From positions 1-57,503 of the forward strand of contig WHTN01000006.1 in NCBI GenBank assembly GCA_009377715.1: DNA of 57,503 nt, written 5' to 3'. Positions 27,405 through 37,220 of this stretch are shown in pieces. This DNA is from Dehalococcoidia bacterium. Its GTDB lineage: Bacteria; Chloroflexota; Dehalococcoidia; SM23-28-2; WHTN01. Position numbers and translations under genes: made by a program. Within the stretch, counting starts at the first letter, position 1, and each line of letters begins with the position of its first letter. A model generated the notes under the pieces. The model had not been told where the DNA came from and did no database searches. It saw nothing but the letters and a program-made list of their open reading frames with translations.

Positions 27405-27416
27405 AATATTTAGTTG
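27370..27416. promoter_or_regulatory. Tandem NrdR boxes
   Basis: ACACAATATATAGTGC (27370-27385) and GCACAATATTTAGTTG (27401-27416) match acaCwAtATaTwGtgt and lie 31 bp apart upstream of nrdAB. Confidence 0.85.
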
Positions 27417-27549
27417 TGAGCCGATAATAGCAAGACAATTGGCAACTGTCAATAGGGTCGGCGAGCGAAATACAAAAATCGGGGGGCGTGGTCTTTCGCC
27501 GAGTAAACTGTTAAAATATCATTGAAACTAATGTTCTAGAGCGGCAGGT

Positions 27550-29207
27550 GTGAATGAGATAGCGAACGACCACGATGAGAACAATCTTGGTGTTAACCTA
27601 GGAAAGAACTTCCTGGTTCACAAGATTCCGTCTCATTCTGCGACGACATATGACAGGCTTCTCAGCAGGATCAATCGATTCCCTGTTAAGGATTTCTTAA
27701 TGCTGTGTAATCTTGTTGCTAGGTGGATCGATGATAGACCGTCGTTACCCGACGCCCTAATCACCGTACCTCCAAACAAGGACTACGGTGTGTCGGCTCC
27801 ATGCCAAGTTTATCTTGCTCCATGGAGTGTAGCGTTCTTGGCGAAAAGTTCGATTATCCGTTCCCTCGGATATGCGGCAGCACATATTTACGCTAGACGA
27901 TTTTCGTGGGCTCGCCTATATGTATGCCAGCCTCATTGAACAAGCCACCCACAATCAGGCATGGATCGGGAGCCACACCAGGTTCTGTTGACGGTTGCAT
28001 GGGAACAGTTTGTCTATCAATCTGATTTGTTTCCATTGATCCCGCGAGCATATCTCATCTTGGTCACTGGAAATCGAGACATTCCAAATCGGCCTTTCGA
28101 CACCGAGGCGGAGTGGAAGGCGAGAACGGGTATCGAGTTAGAGAAATTCTTGATGGTGGGATTCGGCTATCTTGCTGGAGTTATGGCCCATAACTTGATT
28201 GTGAAATACTTTCCGGCGAGCGGAGTGATGGACAAGGCGATTAGTAGGGATGATTGTGACAAGTTTTTGGCACTTTGTGCCGCCAATTACGATGAATTTC
28301 GGGCCTTGTCGAAAGAGCACGAAGTGACTGACGTGACCTTCAAGAAGTATGAGTTTAATGTTCTACACAAAAGGCCCCTCATCGCTTTGGGCGAGGAGCT
28401 CATAGCACCGGTTCCGTGGATCTTGGCCCATAGAGTTACAGAAGGCCTCTATTTTGATTTGATGGATATGTTTCATGAAGCGACGGGAAATAAATTTCTA
28501 GATTATTTCGGTTATTTGTTCGAACACTATATTGGACGATGAATTACGCTTTCGGTGAAGAGAATGTGTACCACGAACCTAAATACGGCAAGCCGGAACA
28601 CGGAGGACCAGACTGGATAGTGATTGACAAAGATACCGCCATTCTAATCGAGTGTCGGAGTTCTCGACTCAGACTAAACTCAAAGATCTATGCAGATCAT
28701 GAAGACCTCTTAAAGGATACCCGACGTATCTTTCTAGAAACTTTGGAAAAGTATCCAGGCAAGATTGCGGATTTCATGGATGGTTCCATGGATATAGATG
28801 CTACCGGTGTCACTCATTGCGAGGCTATTGTTGTCATGTATGATCAACTTTTCGTCGAGTCTTACTATCGCGAGGTCGCTAGGGAACATTTTGCGCAGAA
28901 GGGCCTAACACCCTTTGATGATTATCACTTTATGGGAGTGGTGGACCTAGAGGTTTTGACCGGGTGGAACTCCACTCACCCAATGAAGACTCTTCTTCTG
29001 AAAAACAAGGAAGCGCGAACTCAAGAAATGCAGGATTTCAACGCATTCTTGCGGACTTACTCAAAGGATCATGATTTAAACTTCATGCACCCATTGCTCA
29101 AGGAAGTATTCGACGAGTTCTTCGCGAAACACTTTCAAATTTCTGCGGACGGAACCAAGCTGGAGCTTGAAGAGCCTACAGCTGACTCAACATCAACTTC
29201 TACTTAA
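27550..29207 (+). CDS. AT-richer hypothetical protein with a putative C-terminal PD-(D/E)XK-like nuclease motif (probably one gene split by two frameshifts)
   Basis: Consecutive ORFs 27550-27939, 27961-28542 and 28539-29207; GYLFEHYIG runs into ...GPDWIVIDKDTAILIECRS (E...PD...ExK-like); base composition visibly more AT-rich than the flanks. Confidence 0.5.
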
Positions 29208-29441
29208 TGTGTTGACCCACTTTTGCTCCACGACGATTTCGTGGCCGTTGAGTTGACTTGTGTCAGGCCACCGTTGTAACAGGACTGTAAACGCGGTGAG
29301 CAAGCCAAGGTCCGTTAGAGGTGCTCTTTCACGATGGTTAAAACCGCGGTTATCTAGTTAAGCTGCGGGTTAAGCAAGGAGACCCCAGCCTAAAGGCTGG
29401 GGCATCTGGATTGCTCGTTCTGTTCCGGGCTGGAGGGACTC

Positions 29442-30323
29442 CTATTGTGGCCGCTCACCTTGGCGCGCCGGCTGGGCTCCGTCACTGGCGCTTTGGCCGT
29501 TGCCGAGCGTCTGACTGATACTGCTGGCCATGTTGATCAGGTCCAACGGCAATATCCACTTCGTCGATGGGCTGGCGCCGATCACCTTCAGCATATCCAT
29601 GTACTGAAGCGACATCGTCTTGTCGTCCACGCCGCGGGCGCTCTCGTAGATCTGCTGGAGCGCGTTGGCGAAACCTTCTGCGTTTAATATCGCGGATTGC
29701 CGCGCGCCCTCAGCGTTTAGGACGGCCGACTGCCTGTTTCCTTCGGCGTTCAGGATGGCGGCCTGCTTATCGCCCTCCGCGATTGTTACGGCAGCCGCTC
29801 TTTGTCCGTCGGCGTCCGTAACGGTCGCCCGTCGATGGCGCTCCGCCGACATTTGGCGACTCATAGCGTCCTGAATATCTCTAGGGGGCAAGATTTCCCT
29901 GATCTCTACAGCGTTAACCTTAATGCCCCACCGGTCTGTAACCTCGTCGAGCTTCGCCCGCATTATTTGGTTTATCTGCTCGCGCTTAGACAGAACATCG
30001 TCGAGGCTCATGTCGCCGACAACGGCACGTAACGTTGTGATAGCAATGCCGCGTGAAGCAGCCACGAAGTCCTCAACTTTGACAACGGCATCCTCGGCAT
30101 TCGTCACTCTGAGATAGACAAGCATGTCTACGGACACGGGCGCGTTGTCCTTAGTGATACACGTCTGCGGCTCAACATCCAGGACCCGTTCGCGCAAGTC
30201 CACGCGAGACGTCTGATCGATGATGGGGAACACCGGGAAGACAAACCCCGGGCCTTTAACGCCGATCAAGTTGCCTAAGCGAAAGTGCAGCACTCGCTGG
30301 TAGGGCAAGACTACTCGAAACAT
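29442..30323 (-). CDS. SPFH/band 7 (stomatin-like) protein
   Basis: RVDLRERVLDVEPQTCITKDN, TTLRAVVGDMSLDDVLSKRE, WGIKVNAVEI, QMSAERHRRA; AGGAGG before ATG 30323. Confidence 0.9.
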   Translation of the reverse strand: MFRVVLPYQRVLHFRLGNLIGVKGPGFVFPVFPIIDQTSRVDLRERVLDVEPQTCITKDNAPVSVDMLVYLRVTNAEDAVVKVEDFVAASRGIAITTLRAVVGDMSLDDVLSKREQINQIMRAKLDEVTDRWGIKVNAVEIREILPPRDIQDAMSRQMSAERHRRATVTDADGQRAAAVTIAEGDKQAAILNAEGNRQSAVLNAEGARQSAILNAEGFANALQQIYESARGVDDKTMSLQYMDMLKVIGASPSTKWILPLDLINMASSISQTLGNGQSASDGAQPARQGERPQ

Positions 30324-30429
30324 CGCGTTCCTCCTAAAGTTTGATAGCGCCAAGAATCAGTACCCGCATGTTATGCTGTCAACCGATAATCCGCAAGACG
30401 TGCACGCAAGACGCACATGGAGGTAATCT

Positions 30430-31209
30430 ATGGCATGGTTTAACTATACGAACGGACGCATTTGGTACGACGAGCGAGGAAACGGCGAGCCGCTGCTGTT
30501 CCTGCCGGGTTTCACAGAAAGTGGCGATGACTTCTCGCCAATGATCGATGCGCTTGCATCCAGCTATCGCGTCATCGCGGTCGATCTGCCGGGGTCGGGT
30601 CGCTCGGAGCCGCAGCCCCGGCATTACACTCGCACCTGCTACCATGAAGACGCGGAGACGCTCGCAGCGCTTATGGCGCATTTAACGATCGATTCGTTCC
30701 ATACCGCCGGCTTCAGCGATGGCGGCGAAGTGGCGCTTCTTCTCGCCATCCAGCAGCCGAAAGCCATGCGTTCGGCGCTGATCTGGGGCGCCGCCGGTGG
30801 CATAGACGCTAACGCTATTGCCGGCATGATCCCGGTGTTCCACGACATCATAGACAGTCCGCCAGAGTTCATGAAAGACTTTAGCGAACACCTAAAAGCC
30901 CGCTACGGCGAGACCAACGCTCGGCTTATGACCCAGAGCTTCGCCGATGCCGCTCTAGCGATCGTCGACGCGGGTGGCGACATCAGCGGGTCCAGGGCTG
31001 GGGAGATCGAATGCCCCATACTGATCATTGCCGGCGAAAACGATCCGTTTGCTCCGACGTCGCTGGTGCGGCCTCTGGCCGAGCGTATACCGCGCGGCGA
31101 ACTGATCGAGGTGCCGGGTGCAGGCCACTCGGTCCACGAAGAGCAGCCGGAATGGTTCATGCAGACCCTCCTCAACTGGCTGAGGAGGCAATCCGCGCCG
31201 CAGGTTTAG
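30430..31209 (+). CDS. Alpha/beta-fold hydrolase
   Basis: DLPGSGRS, nucleophile elbow GFSDGG, GENDPF, GAGHSVH catalytic triad pattern. Confidence 0.9.
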   Translation: MAWFNYTNGRIWYDERGNGEPLLFLPGFTESGDDFSPMIDALASSYRVIAVDLPGSGRSEPQPRHYTRTCYHEDAETLAALMAHLTIDSFHTAGFSDGGEVALLLAIQQPKAMRSALIWGAAGGIDANAIAGMIPVFHDIIDSPPEFMKDFSEHLKARYGETNARLMTQSFADAALAIVDAGGDISGSRAGEIECPILIIAGENDPFAPTSLVRPLAERIPRGELIEVPGAGHSVHEEQPEWFMQTLLNWLRRQSAPQV

Positions 31210-31268
31210 AAGCTTTGACGCGACAGCGATTGACGCTTAAACTGTGAGCACTTCAACTCAAAAGGATG

Positions 31269-31293
31269 CCCTTCGACAAGCTCGGGTGAGCGG
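31269..31293. repeat. Single REP-like unit
   Basis: CCCTTCGACAAGCTCGGGTGAGCGG. Confidence 0.7.
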
Positions 31294-31365
31294 AAAAGAA
31301 CCGCTCAGGCGATCCCTTCAAAGGATGTACCTTATCGACCATCGGAGTTTCAATAGGAGGAAAAC

Positions 31366-32385
31366 ATGTTGTACCTCAACCGCGCTCAAGTCGGCGAACT
31401 GCTTACCCATGCGAGGTGTTTCGAGTACTGCGAGGAGATCTTAACCGCGCAGGCTACGGGCGAAGCCGAAGAAGTCCCGCGTTTCCGCTTCACGGTCGAC
31501 GGTTCTTGGCTGTCGATGATGCCCTCTGTCTGGAGGCCGAAGAAGATCGTTGGGCTACGAATCTATGGTGCGGGCAAGTCCGGTGACCCCGTGCGCTATA
31601 TGTACCATCTGTGGGATATGAACGATTGCAGCCATGTGGCGATGCTGGACGCTATCCCGATTCGCGATGTCCGCACCGGCGTTATCGCTGCGATGGGATC
31701 GAAGTATCTAGCCCGCCCGGAGAGCGAGACCGTTGGCATTATCGGCTCGGGCGCTGTATCGCGCCACGCATTGCTGGCGCACACCTCGGTCTTTAAGCTG
31801 AAGCGCGGCAAAATATTTAGTCGCAACCAGGAACACAGCCAGGACTTCGCCAAAGAGATGGGCGAGATGCTCGACATGGACATCGAACCGGTGGAGAGCG
31901 CTGAACAAGCCGTACGAGGCGTAGATATCGTAATCACCGGCACCAACAACCGCGGCGGCGACCCGCTTGTGCGCGGCGAATGGCTCAGCCCCGGCATGTG
32001 CGTAAGCAGTCCAGGCTCCACCGCCGGCGAACTGGACGATGAGGTCATCACGAGAGCTTCGAAGATCGTCATCGATAGCAAACCGCAATTCCAACATCGT
32101 GACGGTGACGTAAGCGGCCAGGTCAAGAAGGGTTTGATCTCCTGGGACAGCGTAGACGAGATCCACGAATTGGTCACTGGACAGAAACGCGGCCGAGAGA
32201 ATGCCGACGAGATTACGGTGCTTAAGACAGAGGGCACGCCGATACAGGACCTCGGATCGGCGGTACGTATCTATGAACTCGCGGTAGAACAGGGCATCGG
32301 CCATGACCTAGGCGGCGACCTGTTCGAACTGGCCAGCGGCTGGTTCTGGACGCCAGAGCGCGACGATAGGACGAAGGTAGGCTAA
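31366..32385 (+). CDS. Ornithine cyclodeaminase/mu-crystallin family protein
   Basis: RTGVIAAMGSKYLARPES, GIIGSG, AVRGVDIVITGT, GRENADEITV...G..IQD. Confidence 0.88.
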   Translation: MLYLNRAQVGELLTHARCFEYCEEILTAQATGEAEEVPRFRFTVDGSWLSMMPSVWRPKKIVGLRIYGAGKSGDPVRYMYHLWDMNDCSHVAMLDAIPIRDVRTGVIAAMGSKYLARPESETVGIIGSGAVSRHALLAHTSVFKLKRGKIFSRNQEHSQDFAKEMGEMLDMDIEPVESAEQAVRGVDIVITGTNNRGGDPLVRGEWLSPGMCVSSPGSTAGELDDEVITRASKIVIDSKPQFQHRDGDVSGQVKKGLISWDSVDEIHELVTGQKRGRENADEITVLKTEGTPIQDLGSAVRIYELAVEQGIGHDLGGDLFELASGWFWTPERDDRTKVG

Positions 32386-32414
32386 ACTTCCGCCAAACTC
32401 GTATTAAAGTACAA

Positions 32415-32443
32415 CGCCCCCTCCTTAAAAGAGGGGCGCTTTT
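32415..32443 (+). terminator. Rho-independent terminator
   Basis: CGCCCCCTC-loop-GAGGGGCG followed by CTTTT after the OCD-family gene. Confidence 0.75.
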
Positions 32444-32476
32444 CGTTTTGGTGTCCACTCCCAAGCTCATCCGTAA

Positions 32477-32525
32477 TTAACACAAATTTCACAAACCGGT
32501 AATCATTTCATAACAGCCCTGAAAC
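32477..32525 (+). promoter_or_regulatory. Array of five 11-bp-spaced half-sites (OmpR/PhoB-family operator, GlnR-box-like)
   Basis: TTAAC-n6-TTCAC-n6-GTAAT-n6-ATAAC-n6-GAAAC, followed by a possible -10 TATCAT at 32536. Confidence 0.6.
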
Positions 32526-32551
32526 ATTCCCCCACTATCATTAAGTTCGAT

Positions 32552-32893
32552 ATGTCTATCCAGTTGGGGAATTTGGTCGTCGAACTGGAGCGCCACTTGG
32601 TCTATCTGGACGGTCAGGAGATCAACCTAACTCATATCCAGTTCAAGCTATTGACTCTGCTGGCCAGCAGGCCAGAACGCATTTGGACGCGGGATGAGCT
32701 TGAAGCCAGCCTCGGCTTGAAAAAAGGCAAACGGGGCAGCCTCACTACTCATATCTCCCGACTGCGCAAAGAGCTCGCCCACAGCAAACCCTTCGCGATC
32801 GTTACGGTGCGGAAGCGCGGCTATATCTTCGGCCGGGAGTCCCCTGGGAGACCGTCGCCATCTCAACGGAAAGGATGGCTCGTTAATGCATGA
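32552..32893 (+). CDS. Stand-alone OmpR/PhoB-type winged-helix DNA-binding domain (no receiver domain)
   Basis: LGNLVVELERHLVYLDGQEINLT..QFKLL..LAS.P..IWTRDEL...HISRLRKEL...IVTVRKRGY. Confidence 0.88.
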   Translation: MSIQLGNLVVELERHLVYLDGQEINLTHIQFKLLTLLASRPERIWTRDELEASLGLKKGKRGSLTTHISRLRKELAHSKPFAIVTVRKRGYIFGRESPGRPSPSQRKGWLVNA

Positions 32894-32914
32894 TCGATTA
32901 CTCGAAGGCCATGG

Positions 32915-33637
32915 TTGCGGCCCGTTATGGAGCAGGACATGATCGAACTCGAACCGACGATTAGAAACGCAAGCGAGACTTCCTTACAGAGGCTCCGCCA
33001 GAACAGGCCCGGAGTGCGGCCGCCGAAGTTCGCAGGCTTATTCGCGAATCTCGACTTCGAGGCTGTCCCACTACCCGTACTGAGCCTCTATCCCATGCCC
33101 TTACCAGTATCTCTGGACTCCCTCGAGATTATGGTATGCGGCCTAGATTGCCGCCCTCGTCTCATCCCCTGGCCTGAGTGTGCCGAGCTTCCTCGTTACA
33201 GGCTGCGAGCCCCCCTTATCTGCCAGATCTTCAACTGGGCAGAGGAGGTCGAGTGGGAAGGCGTACGTCTGGCTGATTTCCTAGAGCATGCCGGCCTGCA
33301 GATGCATCCAGATGGCTACCTAGCTGTCTACTCTAGGGACGGAACGTACTTCGAAGGTTTCTCGACGGATGAGGTGCGAGACCCGAGGGTGCTGCTAGCC
33401 ACTACATTAAACAGGCAGCCGCTACCAGACGCATACGGGGGGCCTCTTCGGCTCGTAGTGCCTTTCTTGCAAGGATACAAGAGCGTGAAGTGGGTGGGCG
33501 CTATCCGCGCCACCCGACACGATCCCGTAGGCATAAAACGGCTCCTGGGCCAAAGCAAGACCGGCCGCTTGGGGCAAGCCTGGCTAAAGCGCTTCGTGCG
33601 CATCTACCCAGCAAAAGGAAGGGCAGGAGACCCATAG
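32915..33637 (+). CDS. Molybdopterin-binding oxidoreductase, sulfite oxidase/MsrP fold, no export signal (start uncertain)
   Basis: PLICQIFNW (candidate Mo-ligand Cys), WEGVRLADFL, LNRQPLPDAYGGPLRLVVPFLQGYKSVKWV. Confidence 0.82.
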   Translation: MRPVMEQDMIELEPTIRNASETSLQRLRQNRPGVRPPKFAGLFANLDFEAVPLPVLSLYPMPLPVSLDSLEIMVCGLDCRPRLIPWPECAELPRYRLRAPLICQIFNWAEEVEWEGVRLADFLEHAGLQMHPDGYLAVYSRDGTYFEGFSTDEVRDPRVLLATTLNRQPLPDAYGGPLRLVVPFLQGYKSVKWVGAIRATRHDPVGIKRLLGQSKTGRLGQAWLKRFVRIYPAKGRAGDP

Positions 33638-33639
33638 CT

Positions 33640-35112
33640 ATGAATAAAATAGAGCGGATTAAAGCGGAGAAAGACGGCCTCGATATACTCCCCGATATCT
33701 ATCGGTGGGCCGAGATGGGCATAGATGCCATTTCCGAAGACGACTTCGAACGGCTAAAGTGGTACGGCATTTTCTACCGTCGGCGCACGCCTGGTTACTT
33801 TATGATGCGCATACGAATCCCTAACGGCATCGTCAATAGCAGCCAATTCAAGGGACTGGCGAGCATCGTGAACAGATACGGCAAAGGCCAAGCCGACATT
33901 ACAACGCGGCAGCAAATGGAACTGCGTTGGCTCCAGTTAGGTGATGTACCAGCCATTTTCAAAGAGCTGACTGACGTAGGGCTTAACTCTCTGCAGACCG
34001 GTATGGATAACATCCGCAATGTGGTGGGATGTCCACTGGCGGGCATCAACGCCCGAGAGGTACTGGATGCCTCGCCAGCGGTGAACGAGCTTACGGCCAT
34101 GTTTGTGGGGAACAAAGAGTTTAGCAACCTTCCCCGCAAGTTCAACGTGCTCATCACCGGCTGTCCCGATAACTGTACCCACGCCGCTACCCAAGACCTC
34201 GCACTGGTGCCTGCAATAAAAGACGGTGCGACCGGCTTCAACGTATTGGTGGGCGGCAAGCTGGGATCGGGAGGTTATCGCATCGCCACACCCCTGGATG
34301 TGTTCGTGCCGCTGGAGGAAGCAGCAGAGCTTTGCGCCGCAATCGCCCTCATTTTCCGCGACCACGGCCTGCGTGAGGCCCGCGCCCGCGTTCGCTTGGC
34401 GTTTCTCCTTGAGGAGCGCGGCGAGCGCTGGCTGCGCGCGGAACTAGAAGCCCGCTTACGTCGCTGCCTGCCGTCGGCAGGCGACGACCAGCGGTCCGAC
34501 AGAGCAGCTGATCACATCGGCGTTCAGGCCCAGAAGCAGCCGGGCCTAAACGCTGTCGGTCTCTTGGCGCCCGTGGGCAGGATCACGGGCGAACAGATTT
34601 TGGCGGTGGCTAGGCTGGCCGAGGAGTATGGCAGCGGTGACGTCCTCCTGACGGTAGGCCAGAACTTGATCGTCCCCAACGTCCCCGATGAGTGTATCCC
34701 AGACCTTCTGCAAATACCCATCCTTTCAGAGCTTAGTCCATCACCATCGCCCATCCTGCGCGGAATGGTGAGTTGCACCGGCATCGATTACTGCAATCTC
34801 GCTCTCATCGATACTAAGGACATGGCGCTGGGGCTTGCGTCCCATTTGGAAGGTGTGCTTCCTAATGGAAAGCCGATGAGCATCCACTGGTCAGGTTGCC
34901 CAGCCGGCTGCGGCAACCACCATGTGGCGGACATAGGCCTGGAGGGTAAGCGCGTGCGAATTGGCGCTGAGATTGTAGAGGCGGTGGATGTTTACCTCGG
35001 CGGGCGCTCCGACAGGAACGCAAAGTTAGCGACTAAGATTTTGGAAGACGTGCCCTGCAACGAACTGTCGGACGTACTCGCGAGGTTGCTAACCAGGGAA
35101 GAAAGCGCCTAG
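33640..35112 (+). CDS. nirA: Ferredoxin-nitrite reductase (siroheme; sulfite reductase not fully excluded)
   Basis: MNKIERIKAEKDG start, RLKWYG, DITTRQ, TGMDNIRNVVGCP, NLPRKFN, SCTGIDYCNLA and WSGCPAGCG siroheme/[4Fe-4S] Cys motifs. Confidence 0.85.
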   Translation: MNKIERIKAEKDGLDILPDIYRWAEMGIDAISEDDFERLKWYGIFYRRRTPGYFMMRIRIPNGIVNSSQFKGLASIVNRYGKGQADITTRQQMELRWLQLGDVPAIFKELTDVGLNSLQTGMDNIRNVVGCPLAGINAREVLDASPAVNELTAMFVGNKEFSNLPRKFNVLITGCPDNCTHAATQDLALVPAIKDGATGFNVLVGGKLGSGGYRIATPLDVFVPLEEAAELCAAIALIFRDHGLREARARVRLAFLLEERGERWLRAELEARLRRCLPSAGDDQRSDRAADHIGVQAQKQPGLNAVGLLAPVGRITGEQILAVARLAEEYGSGDVLLTVGQNLIVPNVPDECIPDLLQIPILSELSPSPSPILRGMVSCTGIDYCNLALIDTKDMALGLASHLEGVLPNGKPMSIHWSGCPAGCGNHHVADIGLEGKRVRIGAEIVEAVDVYLGGRSDRNAKLATKILEDVPCNELSDVLARLLTREESA

Positions 35113-35166
35113 CCTGCGGGTTTTAACCCGCAGCTACTTGAAGCTGCCGGTTTCAATCGGCAGATC

Positions 35167-36371
35167 TTATTCAGATTGTCGCCTTAGATCGTCCCAGCTA
35201 TCAGCCGCCATTAGCTCCGCCCAGCGTTTGTAGATACCGCGCTGGTTGTGCTCGCTAGGCGACGGCCCGATGTAGCCAGGGTACTCCTCGCTGTGGCGCC
35301 CTTTACCGAGGCCGATCTGGTAGTTGAAGTCAAAGCGCCCAGGCGGTGCGCGTTCTTTACTTCCGCCGGCGCCTCGGCATCGGCGAGAGCGTACGACCAC
35401 ACCTCGGTCTTGTCGGGGCCGCGCGGGTGCCATATGCGGATCGTGCGATGCACTTCGCCACCGATCATCGATAGGTTCGGGAAAAGGGTGGATGCGCCGA
35501 TCCTGAGTTGTCCACGGACCGGCCCGAGCTGCTCCACGACCTCATCCTTGATGCTCTCTAGATACGGGTTGAAGACGTCAGTGTAGAGCGGGTTCTCGTC
35601 CGGACGGAAAGGGCCCACGCCGAACCCATGTCCGTTGGCGCTGACGTTAAATCCCCTAATCGCCTGTCGCTCCTGCTCCGAGCGAATGCGGCCACCCGCG
35701 CCCAAGAAACCTACCTTCTGCGCCGAGATATGTGTGACCGGCACGTGATAGCCATCCGATCCGAAGTTATCGGCTGGCAGCTTCCAATCCGTGTTCATGA
35801 TCCACTTCTGCACACCACCGACCAGGACGCTGCCGCCCTTCCTGCGACCCAGCAGTATCTCGAGATACCAGGCCATATCGCCAAGGTAATCGAGCAACGA
35901 TGGCGCTTCGGGGTCGAAGGTGCCGAAAATGAGGCCCTTGTAGGAGTCGACTTGGGCGACCGGTACGAGGCCCCACTGCTCCATGTCTAGCTCTTCGTAG
36001 TAGTACTCCTTGTAGCCCGGCACGCCTACGAGTTTGCCGTCGTTGCCATACGTCCAGCCGTGGTACGTGCAGGTGAAGGCGGCAGCGTTGCCATGATCTG
36101 CTCGGCAGACGCGCATGCCGCGATGGCGGCAGGTGTTGAGGAAGGCGTTGATCTTGCCGCGCGAGTCACGCACTACCAGCACCGGGTCTTCGCCGATATA
36201 CGACGAGACGAAATCGCCGGGGTTGGGTACCTGGGCTTCGTGCGCTAAGAAACACCAGTTGCGGGCGAAGACCTGCTCCAACTCCTGTTCGTAGATCTCT
36301 TGGTCTACGTAAACACGCCGACTTATCAGGCCTCTCTTCAAATCTACCAAGTTCTGAGTATCTGTTAGCAT
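35167..36371 (-). pseudogene. Rieske ring-hydroxylating oxygenase alpha subunit (copy 3) with an out-of-frame internal deletion
   Basis: Intact Rieske and DGYHVPVTH motifs; after NAHRLG the sequence jumps to RFDFNYQIG in another frame, losing the segment with the FExDDGENW iron-ligand motif. Confidence 0.85.
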
Positions 36372-36447
36372 TTAAGTCTCCTTATATAGGACTTGATTGC
36401 TACTTATAGTAACGCACACGACTAAATATTTAAAGGTAACAGCGTGA

Positions 36448-37140
36448 TCAAACGCTACGGAGAGCCTCGCGTAGCCAAGCGTTGATCGGATTGACGGCCT
36501 TGAAGTGCTCGAGGCAGTAGTCGACGAAGGCGGCCGAGCGCGCCTCGGGTGGGACCGGCGTTTCGAACATGGCGGTAAGCCCTTCGTAGAGAAGGAACTT
36601 CGCCCGCTCGTGCTGCGGATCAAACTCTTTCGGGACGGCCTTACGAGAAGCCTCACCGACCCTATAGGGGCCAGAGCGCTCAACAGTAGCGGCAGTCTCG
36701 GCCAGGGAAGCACCTCTATCCGGATCGATCACCGCCTGTCTGTAAGTGTTAAGCCGGTCGCGGTCGAAGCCATGCATACCCGCGCCTAGAATGAGCGAGT
36801 CCGCATACATACGGAAAAAGAACCCAGGTAAGTCCCAACCGCGTTTCTCACCTTCCCAAAACCAGAGGTCGATGTGAGTCTTGTATGGCGTCTTGTCTTT
36901 GGAGAAGCGAATATCGCGCTGGATGCGAAGAGCGAGCCGTTCAACTTAGCTTCGTAACGGACGCGCGGGGAGACTTCAGGCCACGAGACGCGGGGCCTAA
37001 TTCGCCGACGAAGGACAACGCCGGCTCAAGATAGAACGATGTGTATTCGTCTCGATGTTCTTCGAACCAGGCCTTCGAGTTATTGGCGGCGAGGCGTCGA
37101 GGAACCGAAACGTTTCCTCCGGGAACCCTTCGAACTTCAT
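36448..37140 (-). pseudogene. DUF2461 family protein, frameshifted
   Basis: Manual translation from ATG 37140: MKFEGFPEETFRFL / ANNSKAWFEEHRDEY / RIQRDIRFSKDKTPYKTH, spread over several frames. Confidence 0.75.
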
Positions 37141-37220
37141 CTCTGACTGTGCTTGAGATGCCATCTATTTGCCTAAATGGTTTGGTAAATATGGAAGTCT
37201 ATATCAGTTCATGCGGCACT

